Assembly: GCA_964199315.1 (NCBI GenBank)
Contig: OZ116707.1
Location: 9,052,001 to 9,116,000, forward strand
DNA: 64,000 bases
Direction of reading: 5' to 3'
Source: Orbicella franksi
Taxonomy: Eukaryota
Shown: positions 1 through 14,500 of the stretch, one piece after another
How positions within the stretch are numbered: position 1 is the first letter of the stretch
Layout of the letters: every line of letters starts with the position of its first letter
Notes under the pieces: model-generated
Databases searched by the model: none
What the model saw: only the letters and a program-made list of their open reading frames with translations
Told to the model about the DNA's origin: nothing
Made by a program: the position numbers and the translations under genes

Positions 1-1083
1 ACAAAATCAAGTCGTACCCACGAGTCTAATCAACAGAGGCATTCTTTCTCTCGTATAGGAGCAAGCACCACGAAGAAAACATAGTCCTATTAACTCCATA
101 GTTGAATTTACTCTCAAACAGTATGTTTTTAATTACAAACTTTCTTTACCGCTAGTTTAACAAGCTCAAAAATACCTTAACACGATTTAAAAAGCTCTTA
201 ATCTCAACGGCTCATAAATAGAAAATGATATCCTCAAAGTCCCTTAAAGTTATATTTATTAGAGGTCTCTTCTCAGTATTTGTCTACTTGAAGACAGAGC
301 TGGATCTGAGTGTTTTATTTAGAAAGGATTACCCAGTGTAGACGGGGTATACTCAAGACGAGTGTAAAAACTTGGAGATTAATCCTGGTCACGTGTTAAT
401 GGTAAGGTGGTAATTTTGGTCACGTGTCATGAGGGTGGCTCAATGAGCTACTTCGGCCATGAAATGATACAAACTTCCTCTTCTCTTGGGAATGTTAGCT
501 TCCTTCCCTAAAAAGGAATGCGAAATAAAGAGTGCTGATTAGAGAGTTTTGAGAACATCCGTATAAGAGAGAGCAAGGATCATTGAAAGTGTCGCTGAAA
601 GTATATCCGATACTTTATTTCTTCAAATTTTGAATATGCAGTTTTGCATATTCGTCATCATCAAAGCCACAAGAAAGAAGATGCTCTCAGTATTAGCATT
701 GAGTGCAATGTTATAATCTAAAATCTAAAAGAGCTAGTGTTCTACATTCGGTGATTGACTGAAAGACTGAAATAGTAGTGCAACAGAAGCTTTCCCATTG
801 ACGTCCAACCTAAAAAGGATTTAAAAAAAAACTACGAGATAGTGACGAAATAAAAATCACACACAGCACACCGCAGCAACAGGTTGCCTACTATTTAACC
901 ACTGTAAAGTGCAAAAAGTACATTTATCCGTGTACAAAAAATAATATTATCTTTTATCCTTACCTGGCTTGAACATGCACCTTAAATCTTGCGCTAGTCA
1001 GTTAATACGTAAGGAAGATTGTGTTTTTAATACCAAGGGAGAAACATGACTACACATTTTTTTTATGTTTTATCCCTGAGAAT

Positions 1084-1328
1084 CTGGGCCGGGTTGTTCA
1101 AAGCCCGATTAAACTAACCCAGGATTAGCCAGAATTTTGATTTCAATTTTGTAACTTTTCGGTGAGGTTTTTTGCTTATAATGTTTGTCTTTCATTTTTG
1201 AGTTTGGCTAAGCTCAAACTACATAAAACTTGAGCAGTAAAAGATATTTTTATGCAAGAAAAATTAATGGTTCGGTTAACTTTTAATGCTAGGTTAGTAT
1301 TAACCGGCTTGCGAACAACCCGGCCCAG
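1084..1328. mobile_element. MITE with CTGGGCCGGGTTGTTC terminal inverted repeats
   Basis: Perfect 16-bp TIR (1084-1099 and 1313-1328); a diverged inverted copy lies at 22580-22816. Confidence 0.8.
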
Positions 1329-2582
1329 GGGATATATTTTTAAACCGTTTCAATATTATCATCATCTTCTCTGTTTGTCAAACTTCTACTGCGGACAGAT
1401 AATGAATTACTTGTTTCAGGAATAATAAAAAAAAAAAAATTGGGGGGTCATGGACTTCGTTTCAGAGATAAAGTGTGTTGAAAACTAGTCTGATTTTGAA
1501 AAATTGGCACGCGTAAATCAGCTTGGTCTCCAGGGTTTTTAGCTTAAAATCAAAGATAAATCAACGAAGACAAACTATCCTAGCAATAGTTTGTGTAAGT
1601 GAGTCCGTCGCTTTAATAATTCCAAATGCTGCCAAAGTTTTCACAAAACTTAATCCTTCAAGAGGCATTTTAAACCGCCGTACAGATAAACGAATAGCTA
1701 AAGCGAACGGAATTCGATGGTGCATTTTGCAAAAAAAATCCAACTTCTAATCGATAGATCTCTTTCATTTTTTCGCTAAACGTAGAAAATCAGTAGAGAA
1801 AATGATCCATCAAAAGAAAAATAGGGGTCACCGAACGTCCAAGATCGTTTAATCCAGGGGAAGCTATAGCAATAGCCATCTGCCCTATCATTGTTCATTT
1901 TATTACTTCGCGCGCGCTCGATACATGACGTGGCGGGTGAATTTGCGTGCGCAGTAAGGATGCGCAGAAACAATTAGCGTGAACGTCATTAAACGGCTTG
2001 TTTACTGCCTATTTACTGTCAAGATAAAACTCCGATATGCATGATATGTTGTTATGAACGTGTACAGGCCCATGGACGCCTTATTCAAAATGCTGTTATT
2101 GTTGTTGTTGCTCAAAGTTTACTTTACATGTAGTATAGTTGTCGACCGTCAATGTTTCCACAACTCACTGGTTTCTCTTGGGGCCAGTCATTAAGTGCTT
2201 ATTGACCAATGACAAAGCAAATGTAATGAATAGTATGGCTTGAATTTGATAAAGCAGTGGAAGAATATTCACAAAGACAAAAAACTTAGGAGGCAATCGA
2301 CTGGAAAGTCACATCTAAACATAACAGTGACCAGAAGTCGTCTGAACGCGGTGTGAGGAAAATTATACAACTAACGAAAATAAACAAATAATATTTACTT
2401 TCCATCAGAGTACCGTTTTCAACAAATGACTTCCGTTTTCTGCGAAACTATTAATATTAGCAATAATAATAAGTAGTAACAAAATTATCAGAATTAATTG
2501 GAAATAATCTTATCGGCTCTTCATATCACAGACATTTTTAATTTACATTGCGTATATCAACCAAGGCAAAGAAGGTAAACTT

Positions 2583-5500
2583 TTAATCGCCCTCGTCTCT
2601 CCTGTCAGTAATGTTATGTAATGTAATGTAATAGACCAATTTCGATATATTAAAATTCAGCCTAAAACAATAGACCTCAGAACGAGGCTCTGGGGATAAA
2701 CCCCACAAACTCTGTAGCTATTCCCCAGATCCTCGTACTGAGGTCCATTGTTTTAAGTTGAATTTTAATATATTGAAATTGGTCAATTGCCAAACATCCC
2801 AATGTTTGCCAAATGTTTGCTCTGATTGATGTGTTCTGCACCGAACCGAATATTGTGACACTATTTTGTTGATGTTTTTCATGTGCTGTTTATAGGTAGT
2901 AGTCAGAAAAACATAAATCCTCCCTAAATGCCTGCCCATGGCAAATAGTTGTATAACTAGTTGTGCATTATTTGACAACTAATCCACGTGAGTCATGGCT
3001 TAAATATACTCATACCGTTTGTGCTTTGCTTGGCATATTTTATCCTGCAGCTCATTTACTTTACTTTGTAGCTGGTTAAATCTAGTTTTAATCACGTGAT
3101 AAGCAGCTGGCATTGAAGCAACATTATTAAGCTGGCTTGTATTATAAACTGGACCCAGACCCACAGAAATGACCGTCACTCCAGCTTTGTGTAATGCCTG
3201 AGCAGAGGGTTGAACTTTGTCCCTTGAAGTGCCTTCTGTCAGCACAACGAGAACTTTGGGAACATTAATCCGACTTCCTTTATCAAACAGCTTTTCATTG
3301 GCTAAGGCTAATGCTTTTCCCGTCATTGTAAAGGTCCCTGGATAAGAAATATTCTCAATAGCGAGGGCTAAGTCCTTAGGCGAGGTATATTTGTTGAAAG
3401 GGATGGCTATTATAGGTTCAGTCCCGTAAGTTATCGCCCCAACACGAGTTTCCTCAGGAGAGATGTGGAATCCCAAAGAAACATTTTTGACAAAATCCAG
3501 CATTTTCTTGAAGTTTCCTTTTCCAAGAACCTCAATACTTCTTGCGCCATCGATAACAAATCCGAGGTCAGAAGGGCACTTTCTCTGGGTCTGCAATCGA
3601 GCTGCAACTGAACATGCCGAATGGATTTTATTAGTTCGATGATTAGACAACCCCCGGCAGGCAAATTTTGCATTAGCGATAAGGTGGTTATGCGGATGAA
3701 GGTATCTGTAGAGTTGAGTCGAAGGTGCGCTAACAGTCGGTATTCCGTCTGCATGATGTGTTAGATGACACGAAGTGAAGCGAGGTGAAGTTAAGTATTT
3801 CTGACAGCTATTCCTGGTGATTTGTTAAAGTGATCGAGAGTGATGATATTGTACTCTGTTTGGATGTGTTACAAGAGGCAAGGTGAGGTGAGATGAAGGA
3901 TTTCTGTTAGTCTTTTGTCGTGAATTGTGAAATGTAGCACTCTATTCTGTCTGGATGGGTTAGATGAGGCGAAGCGGAGATAGTATGTAAGGATCTCTGA
4001 CAGCCTTCGTGGTTTGGCGAAACGCAATGACAGTAGGTAAATATGCGGTGATGAATTTTGATAACTTGCTGTTGTTTCAGTCAGTCTCTTTTAAAATTTT
4101 AATGTAAATTTTGTCCCTTGATATAAGCTTTCAAGCCCACAATTGAGGCTTGAAGCAATCTAAACATAGCTCCTGGTTTTGGGCAAAGCAGCTATTAAAT
4201 TCACAGTCAGCTGATATTGCTTTGTTTTTAACAGTTGACATAACATTTCAAGCTAGTTTAGTATCTGGCGTTTTTTAAACGGGTCATTCATTCTACATTG
4301 AATTCACAAAACACACAAATTAAGTTCTTTCTAGGCGTTTATCCTCTCTAGGTAGGACTTGCTTCCTTGGTCTTCAACCAACAAATCGGGTTTGACCCTT
4401 ACGTTGTGGATACACTCGAATCTCTAATCTTCTTTCAGGGAAGCTGTGTGCAGGATGATCAAAATGAGAAGCGAAAAACCGCTCAAACAAACATAAGCCT
4501 AAGGAGCACAGCGCATAGAGCGGTTTTCAATTGAATGTCGTAAAACCAAAAGTAAACCAATTACTCACCAATTAGACTACTCAGCCAATCTCAAACCACA
4601 GTAAAACCGCTACTGAAACCGGAAAAGTAACTGCCAGATTACTTTCGACACTCAATTGAAAACCGCTCTAAAAATTAAAGAGTTATAAGTTTTGTTATTC
4701 ATGGAGCAGCTCACCTGACCGATTCGCCGACTGGCATATTCCCTTTTGAATTCTCTCCATCAGTGTGTCTGCGTCATTGAACGGGGCCAAGAAGACATGG
4801 TCTTTAGCTGGTTCAGACGCAATAACGTCGAGCTGTGTTTTGTTGACATCTCGTCCCACTCCTAGGCAGAACACCTCAATACCTCGCCTTTTTAGTTCTA
4901 TCGCAGGCCGACTAACATCATCAGTCGAACTACCATCAGTCACTAGTAGCAGCACATTGTGTTTAGACGTGGGGATTGGACTAAACAAGTGCTCTTGAGC
5001 CAAGGTGAGTGCTTTCCCTATTTTTATCTCGAAGCTTGGATTACTGGCATTGTCAATAGCTTGATCCATGCTTTTTTGGTCAAGAAATCTGTTAAAGTGG
5101 ACTACAGACGGCTGTGGGGACCCTCCGTAGACTACCATACCAATACTGTTACCTTCAGGAGACACGGGGAATAAGTGGGACACATGCTTTGCCAAGTCCA
5201 TCATCTTTGTTGCCTGTTGCTTACCACTGCCTTCAGAAGGCGAAGAACTATCGAGAACCACTCCAAGGTGAACCTTTCCGCATCCTAAAAGTATTGCAAG
5301 TATTACTGTTGAACTGTCATGATCAAACAACTAGTATATCTAGCAAGCACCTGTTCCTCCCAAATGACAGCACACTATTACTGTGGTCAACTGGGCCTAA
5401 AAATGTTTGGTGTAGTCATAAATGAGACATGTTATACCGCGATAAGTGCTCACATCGATCACGTGGTGTATTTCCCTAGTCATGATCGAAACATGCTCAA

Positions 5501-8500
5501 TCTGACCATTACTGAAACTCCTTCACGGGAACCCCTAACCCTGGGTTTCAATCTTGATTAGAAGAAAGATTCAACAGATTACGGTCTACAGCAAGGGAGA
5601 AGCATCGTTCCCGAAGGTCTTGTTACGGGAGATTAAATCACAGAGTAAAGGTAAAATCAAATTCAAGCTCCTGTTTTGATTTAGGGTGTAATTATAACAT
5701 TCAATACGAGTGCCGATGAGCCGGATAGATTATGTAGCCATTTTTAGCTCGCGTTTGGAAATAAATAATGCAATTAAAGTCATATTTAGGGGAAACTTGT
5801 TTCTCATAAACATGTTTATTTTAAACATGTTTCGGCGAAATTGTATATGGTTACGTTAATTTGATTTGGGGTCTAAGAGTACAGTTCTGCCCGTGTTGTT
5901 ATAAATGTACGTCAGTTCTTTGAATACTTGTCACCCCTTACAGCTTGAAAGTTTACTGCCAACCTAGTAAATCGTGTATAAGATTGTGTTAAAGTAAAAG
6001 TCTGAAAAAAAATTATCTTAATGTCACTTTTGGATTAAAAGGTTATTAGAATTAAATGAAGCTCGAAGAACCCAATAATCGTAGATTAAATGCAAATTCG
6101 AAAATTACTAGTTATTTATGGTGAGAAATATGCTCACCTTGTCTGTCTATTTCTTGTACTTTATTGTCATAGTTTTCCGCTGCTTTTCCAACTGCTATAA
6201 CCTTTGTTGGCACTCTATAGTCAGACGGTAATTCACCCTGCCCTTTGGAGTAGCCTTCAGGGTAATTTGGCTGCCTGAAAGGTCCAAAGTTATTTTCACT
6301 CGGTGAGGGTGTGAATGCCGGATGTCCTTGAGATCCGGAGCCCGGAACTTTCTCGTGGCTCAAAGTTGCTGGCCGTTGAGTTCCTTGTAAAGTATCGTCT
6401 ACTTTAGAGAACTGTTTATTTGCATGTTTGTTAGAGTAGTCTTGGCTTCCTGATTTTTCACCGGACTCATCTACGTTATCAGCACCAGTACTGATATGGG
6501 GTTTATAATGTTCTGGGAAACCAGCAGCAAAGCGATGAACCTCGGAAATCTGTATATGTTCTTGGTTGCTAGGGAACGTGTCATTCTTTTGATTTAAGTT
6601 CTGTTCTCCGTTATCAAATTTGCGATCCCCTTCGGAATCTTTTGAATAGTCGTCTGTACCTATCTCGTTTTCCTCGTCTTCACGACTTTGGTCATTTTCC
6701 TTACTTTCTTGATGTTCTACAGAAAGTCTGAATTCCTGCCCTTGGGTATCTCCATGATTCATTTCCCCCGCAGATGTGCCATAATTCTGGCTTTGTTGCT
6801 CGTTTCTAGAATCCTTCTCGGAGAGGTGATATCCATAAGAAACGAGCGATGCAGGCTTTTCTGAGGCACCATTAGCTTGGCCACCCTGTTCCCTCAATAA
6901 AAGACGCCCATCATTGTCTGGTCTTGAGGATTCTGTCGGCTGAGATTCTTCAGTGTCATTGCCTTGAGGGTAACTAGCTTGAGATTCAAACTGGTGGCTT
7001 TGCTTTTCGTTTTGGGAGTAAGGCATCCTGACATTCTCCGACTGCTCGTTACTTTGTGAATACGATAAATCGTTTCCTTGTTGCGGGTTTGAAGCTGTAG
7101 ACGCGGCTTCGTTTTCAGAGGACGCCGTACTGTAATCTGAGGAAGGACCAATTTGACCGTTGTATGTCTCACATGTACATGGCACCTGTCTGTCTCGCAC
7201 GATCCCCATGACATCTATGAAGCGAACAAATAAAGTAATGTTTCTTCAAGTGCAATTACCTAAGTTTAACGTGAAAGGATATAATTGTAACGTAATTTCG
7301 TTATCACAAGCCCGTGGTACGAACGAGGTAAATCTAATAGATAAATAAGGTGACACTGAAACAGCCAAGAATATACCAGGTAAGTGGAGCAGCTTATCAT
7401 CGTTTTCTAGATTCATAAAAAAGCGAGTGTAAGACGAAAAATAATTATAATATAAAATTTGTAAATATTAAAACGTTAATCACGTTTTGGAACAAAAAGA
7501 GTACAATTTCATTGATAAAAGAGAGTTAAAGAGCCTGAGTAAAACGCAAATATTTTCCAAAAAAGGTTTTAAAACTGCAGTCAGGGATGGACATCAGTAA
7601 TATACATTCGAATTTGTCTTGTAAAAAACAAGGTTAGCTGTACCGGAGCGTAAGTCAAACAAGCAGCTATCAAGAGGATGATGTTGAGGTATTGGTTAAA
7701 CAACCGTGGCGATTTTGGGAATCCAATTCAACAGAGATCAATTTCGAGGTTTCCTTGAAACATGTACATAAAACTTTCCCGGAAAGAAAGACAAGGATGT
7801 AAAGACAATGAGAAAGCCAGAAATAGAAAAGGGAGAAGTACAGAGAAATATATGAAAAATAGAGACAACCTTGGAACAAAGCTTGTTTTGGAACTTTTTT
7901 GCAAGATGTAACTAAACTACTTGGGCGCCAACATGCTCTGATGGTTCACGATATAGTAGGTAAAGTACAAATTGACACAATTAAACCGGCGTTTTCTTCC
8001 CCACCATGACTACCTGTCTTCTAAGGCTTCCTACCTCCACAAACTCCTTGAATGATTTCATCCATAGCGTTTGGCAATGTGTCTAAGAATGCGGTAAACA
8101 CGTGCTCGGACTTGGGTTCCGAAGCAACATTTATCAGCTCCCTGACATTGGCTTGCTTTCCTAAGCCGATAGCTGTAACCTTAACCCCAGAATCTCGCAG
8201 CTCCTCTCCAGGTGTTACCACGTCATCAGCTGATTCTCCACTGGAGAACAATATAAGGGCCCTTGGGGCATCTTGACGACCGGAAACAGCAAACAGAGAT
8301 GCCTTCATTTGCAGAAGAGCATTTCCTGTGTAGGCCTTACCTCCAATATAGGGAGCAATATTTACAGCATCATCAAGCTGTTTGAAGTCGCTAAGGCCCT
8401 TGAGATCAAGAGCTGTCTTGACACTATCACCATAAGCCATAAGTCCAACATGAATGTTGCTTTTGTCAAAACCACGCGAAAATATTTTGATAAATTCAAG

Positions 8501-11500
8501 GACACGGGCATAATATGGCTGAGGAATGTTAGCTGAGCCGTCAACAAGAAAGGCGACGTCTGCTTTGGCCGAACATTCTGTAGATAAATTAAGAGTGAGG
8601 AAAGTAATCAAATAGATTTATCAGCTATTCTGTATGTCTCGATCGAGACGGGTTAATCTTTGAAATGTAAACGCTATAAATATTATTACATAATTCTCTC
8701 TAATCAATACGAAAGAGAAATCACATTTATCATTAAACACATTCGATATACCATTGAAAAAGAAAAACCTTCTAAAGGACGGTAGAAATCCTCTGGGGAA
8801 AGTGGAATAAATTGTTGTGATAGCACGATTGCATGGTATGACTCATACCATCCAATCGTGCTCTTTCATACCTTTTTGAAAAAAGTATGAAATATACCCT
8901 TGAGCATTAAGAACCAGTCAGAAGTAGATTTGAGAAACGAAATTGGGCTCCTACCGTACCTTTCTTTGGACATAAGCAGTCTTCAGTTGGCTCTGTATTA
9001 TAGTAGTCAGATGTAAGATGAGCTTCACCATTATCCCTATCCCGAGAACGTCTGTTGCTTCCTAAACTTGAATTCGATTCTTGTTTCACCTCATCCTGAG
9101 TGTGTTCGATTTTTTCTTCGCTGCCCACCCTAATGGATCCTCCTGTATAAGCTTGTGTCATGCTCGTGTCATCATACTCAGCTCCCATGTTTCCATAAGA
9201 CCCTGCTTGGCCGTCAGAGTTAACTTGTTGTAAAATATTTTGATCGTCATTATGAGCGAGGTCACTTATTCCTTGCATGGCCTCATTATCGTACACAGGT
9301 CTTGACTGTTGACTTGCATCCGGCATGGGTTGAGTTTCCTCACTGGGACTTTCCAGAACGTCCCCGTTTCCTGGACCATAATCGTCTCCGGCAGCACCAT
9401 TAGGTTGATTTTGCATTTCAGTTTCTTCTCCAGGGCCTTGGAACTCTTCCCCATTGGCTTGTCCAAACTCTGTCCCGCTTAAAGTACCCGCTTTGGTTAG
9501 GTCCACCATGGGCACTGGCTCACCTTCTTCCAGTGGCTGCCCTTGGTCAGATTCCGATTTTTCATTAGTATTACCTTCCGTTGTTTGATGCAATTTATTT
9601 CCCTCAGCCGTGGGAGTAAGCTTACTCAACGCGTGTTCCAGTTGAGGGTATTTCTGTTGTAGTGTGGGTCCACCATCATCCTCCTTTTTTGGGTTAGTTT
9701 TCACTTGTTGCGAATTCATTTCAATCGTTGGCTTTTCTTTGCTCATTGATAGAGCACTTCCTTTCATGGAGGAAAGACTGTTGGAATTATCAACTTGTTC
9801 TCCATGCTGAGATATTGGGCCATGTAGCTTATTCGATATCTGCGAAGCCTCTCCAGGTTTCGTTCCCTGTTCTTGACTTTGTTTGTCAGATAACTTCGTT
9901 TGAGCCACCCCTTCGACCTCTTTCATAGCCTTCACCTTGGAATTTGGTACCATTGGGTTTTGCTGCAAAGCTGTAACCAACGGTTCCTTCATTTCTTGGC
10001 CCTTTGAATAATCCGCTTTGCCGGAAGGTGTCGCAGTCTGTTCGTCTTTTGGTGAACTTTGTAATGAGCTTGACGAACCTTCAGCTCTTGCAGCTGACAC
10101 GTGGCTTGAATCAGTAACATCATTTTCTAAATGTTCTTTATACGTTGCTGGTGATTTGTTATGGTCTTCATCCTCTCGGTGATTCCCCATTTTCCCGTAG
10201 TCGCTAAAATGTGTAGGTGCATTCTTCGCATTGAGTTTTGCTTCTATTCCCTTGTTATTGCCCAAAATATTATCTGAATAATGCTGAGAAAATTTGTAAT
10301 CTTGATTGTCATCCCCTGCTTCATTTTGTTTCATAATGTCAGGCTTCATTGCGTTTAATGGCGTGCCAATTAAGGTGATATATTTGGAGTTCTGTCCCTT
10401 TTCTGTTGCAGTCATTTTATTTGAATTAATATGATTAGTTTCACCCTTAGTAGGTGATACCATCAATCTTTCATCCGATCTGCCGTCACTTTGTTTTAAA
10501 GCTTCTCCCAGTTTCTTATATTCTCCGCTAACAGAGTTATCGTTGTTTGAGAGCTCCTTTGTTTTGTGAGGCTGGAAGGATCCTTCAACCAGTCCCATCT
10601 GTTTTCCTGGAGGACTACCTACAGAAGCTGAGGAAGGGGAGTAGATGCTGCTGACATCTTTCCACGATGCAGCGCCTTGAACGGCAGGCTTCGAGCTCTC
10701 GCTCAAAACCTCCGGGTTTCCTTTCGGGTCCGTTAAAGGTAACGGTTTTCTAGAAAGTGGTGTCGGCTGTTTGAAGGCGTTACCTGCAACTGCAGTGTTC
10801 GTGCTGGGGATTCCAGGAGAGTTAGTCGTATCTTTGCTTTTGGAATTCTCTGAACCATGTGTAGGGTAGGGTACTAATTTTTGAAACGCCGCAACCTGTT
10901 TGAAATTTTTGATGTCTTCACGAGACATTGGAATGTATTTTCCTTCCACTTTGTTAGCATTACCATTGTCGTTGAAGCTGTTCTGTTGCATCGCACCATG
11001 GAGATTCTTGGTATATTGTACATCTGTGGCATATTTGTCTTGGTTACCGTGAAAAGTTTGTCCACCTTGTTTTGGTGGGAGTGGGCTATTACCAGCGCCT
11101 TCAAGTTGACGTACCTGACCTCCATTCGAAAATCGTGCACTGTGCGATTCTGGGGTCCCAACTGCAAATTTGCCTGGCAAAAAATGACAAAAGAGCTAGT
11201 TTACAGAAGCAACCTGATCATGAAAATCAACTCTGTGTATTGCTATTATGTGGTAGAAGGGGATACGTGATGAGCTCTAATGAAACATCCTCAATCGCTT
11301 TAATTCAGACATCTTTTAAAAAAAAATTTCCATTTAACGAAATATTTGGGCTGCAATTTTCTGTTTGTAAGAGCTTGTTCAAAAAGAGTTCACTCTCCTT
11401 TTGCTTCCGTTCCCTCATTGGTCCTGTTCCCCAATAGAATCTACGGTGTCCTTCGATACTCTTTGTAATCCTGGCAGTCTTCAAAATTCCTGGGAGTCAA

Positions 11501-14500
11501 AATCCCAGTTCTTTCTTGTAATTGATATAGGGCGTGCTGAAAACAAACTCGACAGTGGTTAGCTGTCAATAACTGTAATGGTTAACCCCGGAGGAATACT
11601 CCCTTATATGGGTTATATAGGTATGTGCGGCCCCAAAGGGTAAGGTTTTTCAGTCGTTTTGGTCATGAATAGGGTATCGACTTTGGTCATTTTGGTCTCA
11701 AATAGGGTATGGTTTTTTCACGGTAGTCTTGAATTGGGTATGTTTTTTTAGAAGAAGCTACTTTTTCATCATTATCGACTAGACAATCATCAAAAGTCCT
11801 TCATAAATTATGTTTAGGGCAACTGTGCTAGCCGCAACGGTCATAAATAGGGTGCTGCATTTTTGGTCACGTCATAAATAGGGTTGGGGAAAATTGCAGT
11901 TTTTGGTCATAAATAGGGTAAGGGTTTTGGGAAACGGGCCGCACACCCGCACCCAATTTTTCCGTGAGTACCCCCGGGGTGGTTAACCCTTACAAATACC
12001 CATATCCCACATTCACTATTAACCGTAGTGCCATTTCGCCATTTCGCTATTCCGTTTTCAAAAACGCGCGTTGACATATATTTAATCATCAATACTGAGT
12101 TGTCGACTGGATATGCACAAGATATTTTTGTCCCTTTTCTATAATGGACTCGGAGAAACGACGAGTATGTTATCTCAGGCGGCTCTTCATTTCCTGTCGT
12201 TCGCGTCTATTGACCATGTTCAACACGTAACATACTGCTTGCAATTACTTCAAATTGTCGTTCATACTTTAGTAATTTGCAATTCTGCTTCTATATAACT
12301 GATTATGCTGGTTCTTACCACTACATAATTTGACGTTGCAATCTTGACTCTCTACACTGGGGCCCAGGCTTCTACAATCTCTTCCACCATTGGAAGGAAG
12401 TGGATTTGAACATTTTCGCATTCGCCTTCTAACACCTCCACTGCATGTTTTACTGCATTGAGTCCATGGAGACCACTCACTGTAATCACCGTTTATAGTT
12501 TTTTCCGGTTCCACAAAACTGTAAATATAAAGTGAGTTTGAGATTTTAACATAATGTGCTTATCTCTATATATAGTTCTCAGGAGTAATCAACATTAATA
12601 GCGTTTAGGTAAATATTGGAACTCAAAGAAAGGTAGATTATCGCAGGTTTAAAATCACACTGTCTGACGTTACCAGCATTGATTAAAAACCATGCAACAA
12701 ATGTCCTAAAATATAGGTTGTTTATGAAAATTTGTGTTGCTTAATATTCAGTATTTTGTTCAAGCATGAAAGAGTTGTCTCGCAGGACGTTTTACCGATA
12801 CACTTGTATACTCCAGGGACCACCTTTACCGTCACCTGACAAAAATAAAAGAGAGAAGTAAGGTAGAAAGAGTTCCTTCACATAGTTATAAAACAGAAAA
12901 ACTGAAAACATAAGCGCACATATGATTGCTTTCGACAGCCAATTGAAAACTTCTAGTAGTTATTAGTAAGGGAAGCGGTGATTGGGGATAGAGCTGTCAT
13001 GAAAATGTCGTAGTTTCGTGCCTCGCACCCAGAGTTACTCGTGATTTGAGATGTGTCAGTTCTTGTTCCATTTTGTTTCCGCCCATTACAGGAAATATAA
13101 ACAACTATACGATTCTATCTGGAAAGAAATGCACCTTAGGTATTATATATGGTCCTTTTTACCATGGTGCCACCCTTAGCAACTGTTACTTTGTTATTTA
13201 TTTCGTTGCACATACCTTTACAGTCCTTGGAAGGTCCATACTTGCGATAGCGTTTCTCTCCATCAGCACTGGCGAAACACTGGCCTCCATTTTCGATGCC
13301 AAATACCTTGAGTCCCTTATCCCCTGCTGCTCGTGCGCACTTAAAAAGAGCGTGACTCCTTCCTTTATAATTAGGATCCATCAACAAGTAGTGATCTCCT
13401 TCTAAGGATGGAAGGCCTCGTGCCCATGCATCTCGCCAACAACCCAGGCTTTCAAACCCTGTGGAGGGAGGTTTTTTATAAATCCTTAAGTATTATTTCT
13501 TAGAGGTTCTAGATTATAGATGAAAGCAGTTACGAGGTTACAATGACGTTACTTTGCTCAGCCCTCAAATGGTTTAAAAAAGGTTAAGTAACCTGTCTAC
13601 CCAATCAGAGAAAATGTGTAATTAGCAATCTAATCAACCGAACCGAGAGTTATAAGTCTCAGAGGCGTGTTCGCACGCTTTAAGATAGTTTGCATGGTTT
13701 TTCGTTCAGTTCTGACTGTTTTATTGGGTAAGTCAAGTTTATTGTAGCCAAGAACTTGATTGATTATTCTTTATATCAAGGGACCGTAAAAATATGTACT
13801 CTAAAATCAATCCAGTTCTGCGTGTAATATGGTTTCCATTATTAGCGAGCGGTCATTTGTTGTCTAGGATGCAGCTCACAGCATTCATGTTAACGAATTT
13901 GTATCTTCTACGTCTTGTGTGAGGAGGTGCTCAATTAGCCGTACTGTCTTACCTAGATTCATTTATGTACCAGCTGAATTAGGTATTGTATAATACAAAT
14001 TGTAATAGTAGAGATAACATTTAGGTTCACCTACTTTGGCCATTGACTTCAAGTTCTCCCGTTATTTGCTGTCTTTTTTCCAATTTTGCAAACTCTTTAT
14101 CTTCTTCAGTTGTCGCTTGCCCTTAAAAGTAAAATTGCACGTAATAAGATTGAAGTAGCTTGAACGGAATTTATCGAACTGATAACGTATTATAGTCCAT
14201 GAGCCAAGGCCAAAAAAATACATTGAATACATTGGACTAATAGACCATAGCAACAGAAAAACGTTGCGAGAGATACCGAACGAACCTGGAATATTGCAAA
14301 CGCAACAGACCTGCACTCGCCCTTTCTCTACAATACTCTTTTTCGCAGTTTATATTTAAATTCGCTCTTTTTACGCCATTTTAGCAACAGCAGACCATTT
14401 CACTTAAAGTTAGTTCAGTAAAATAGCAAAACAAACAATGCTCATTACGAAAATGTGACTGACAATCTACAGTTTAAATGCATTTCAAAAGGATTTCTTT

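Noticed and set aside
1-2000. Short ORFs (1523-1750, 1561-1743, 1776-1973) and isolated splice-like sites
   Set aside because: They cannot be assembled into a phase-consistent gene and show no recognisable domain.
4403-4443. 41-nt exon-like block in the VWA2-VWA3 intron
   Set aside because: It introduces a stop (ASLKED*) in the required phase and has no other support; at most a minor truncating isoform.
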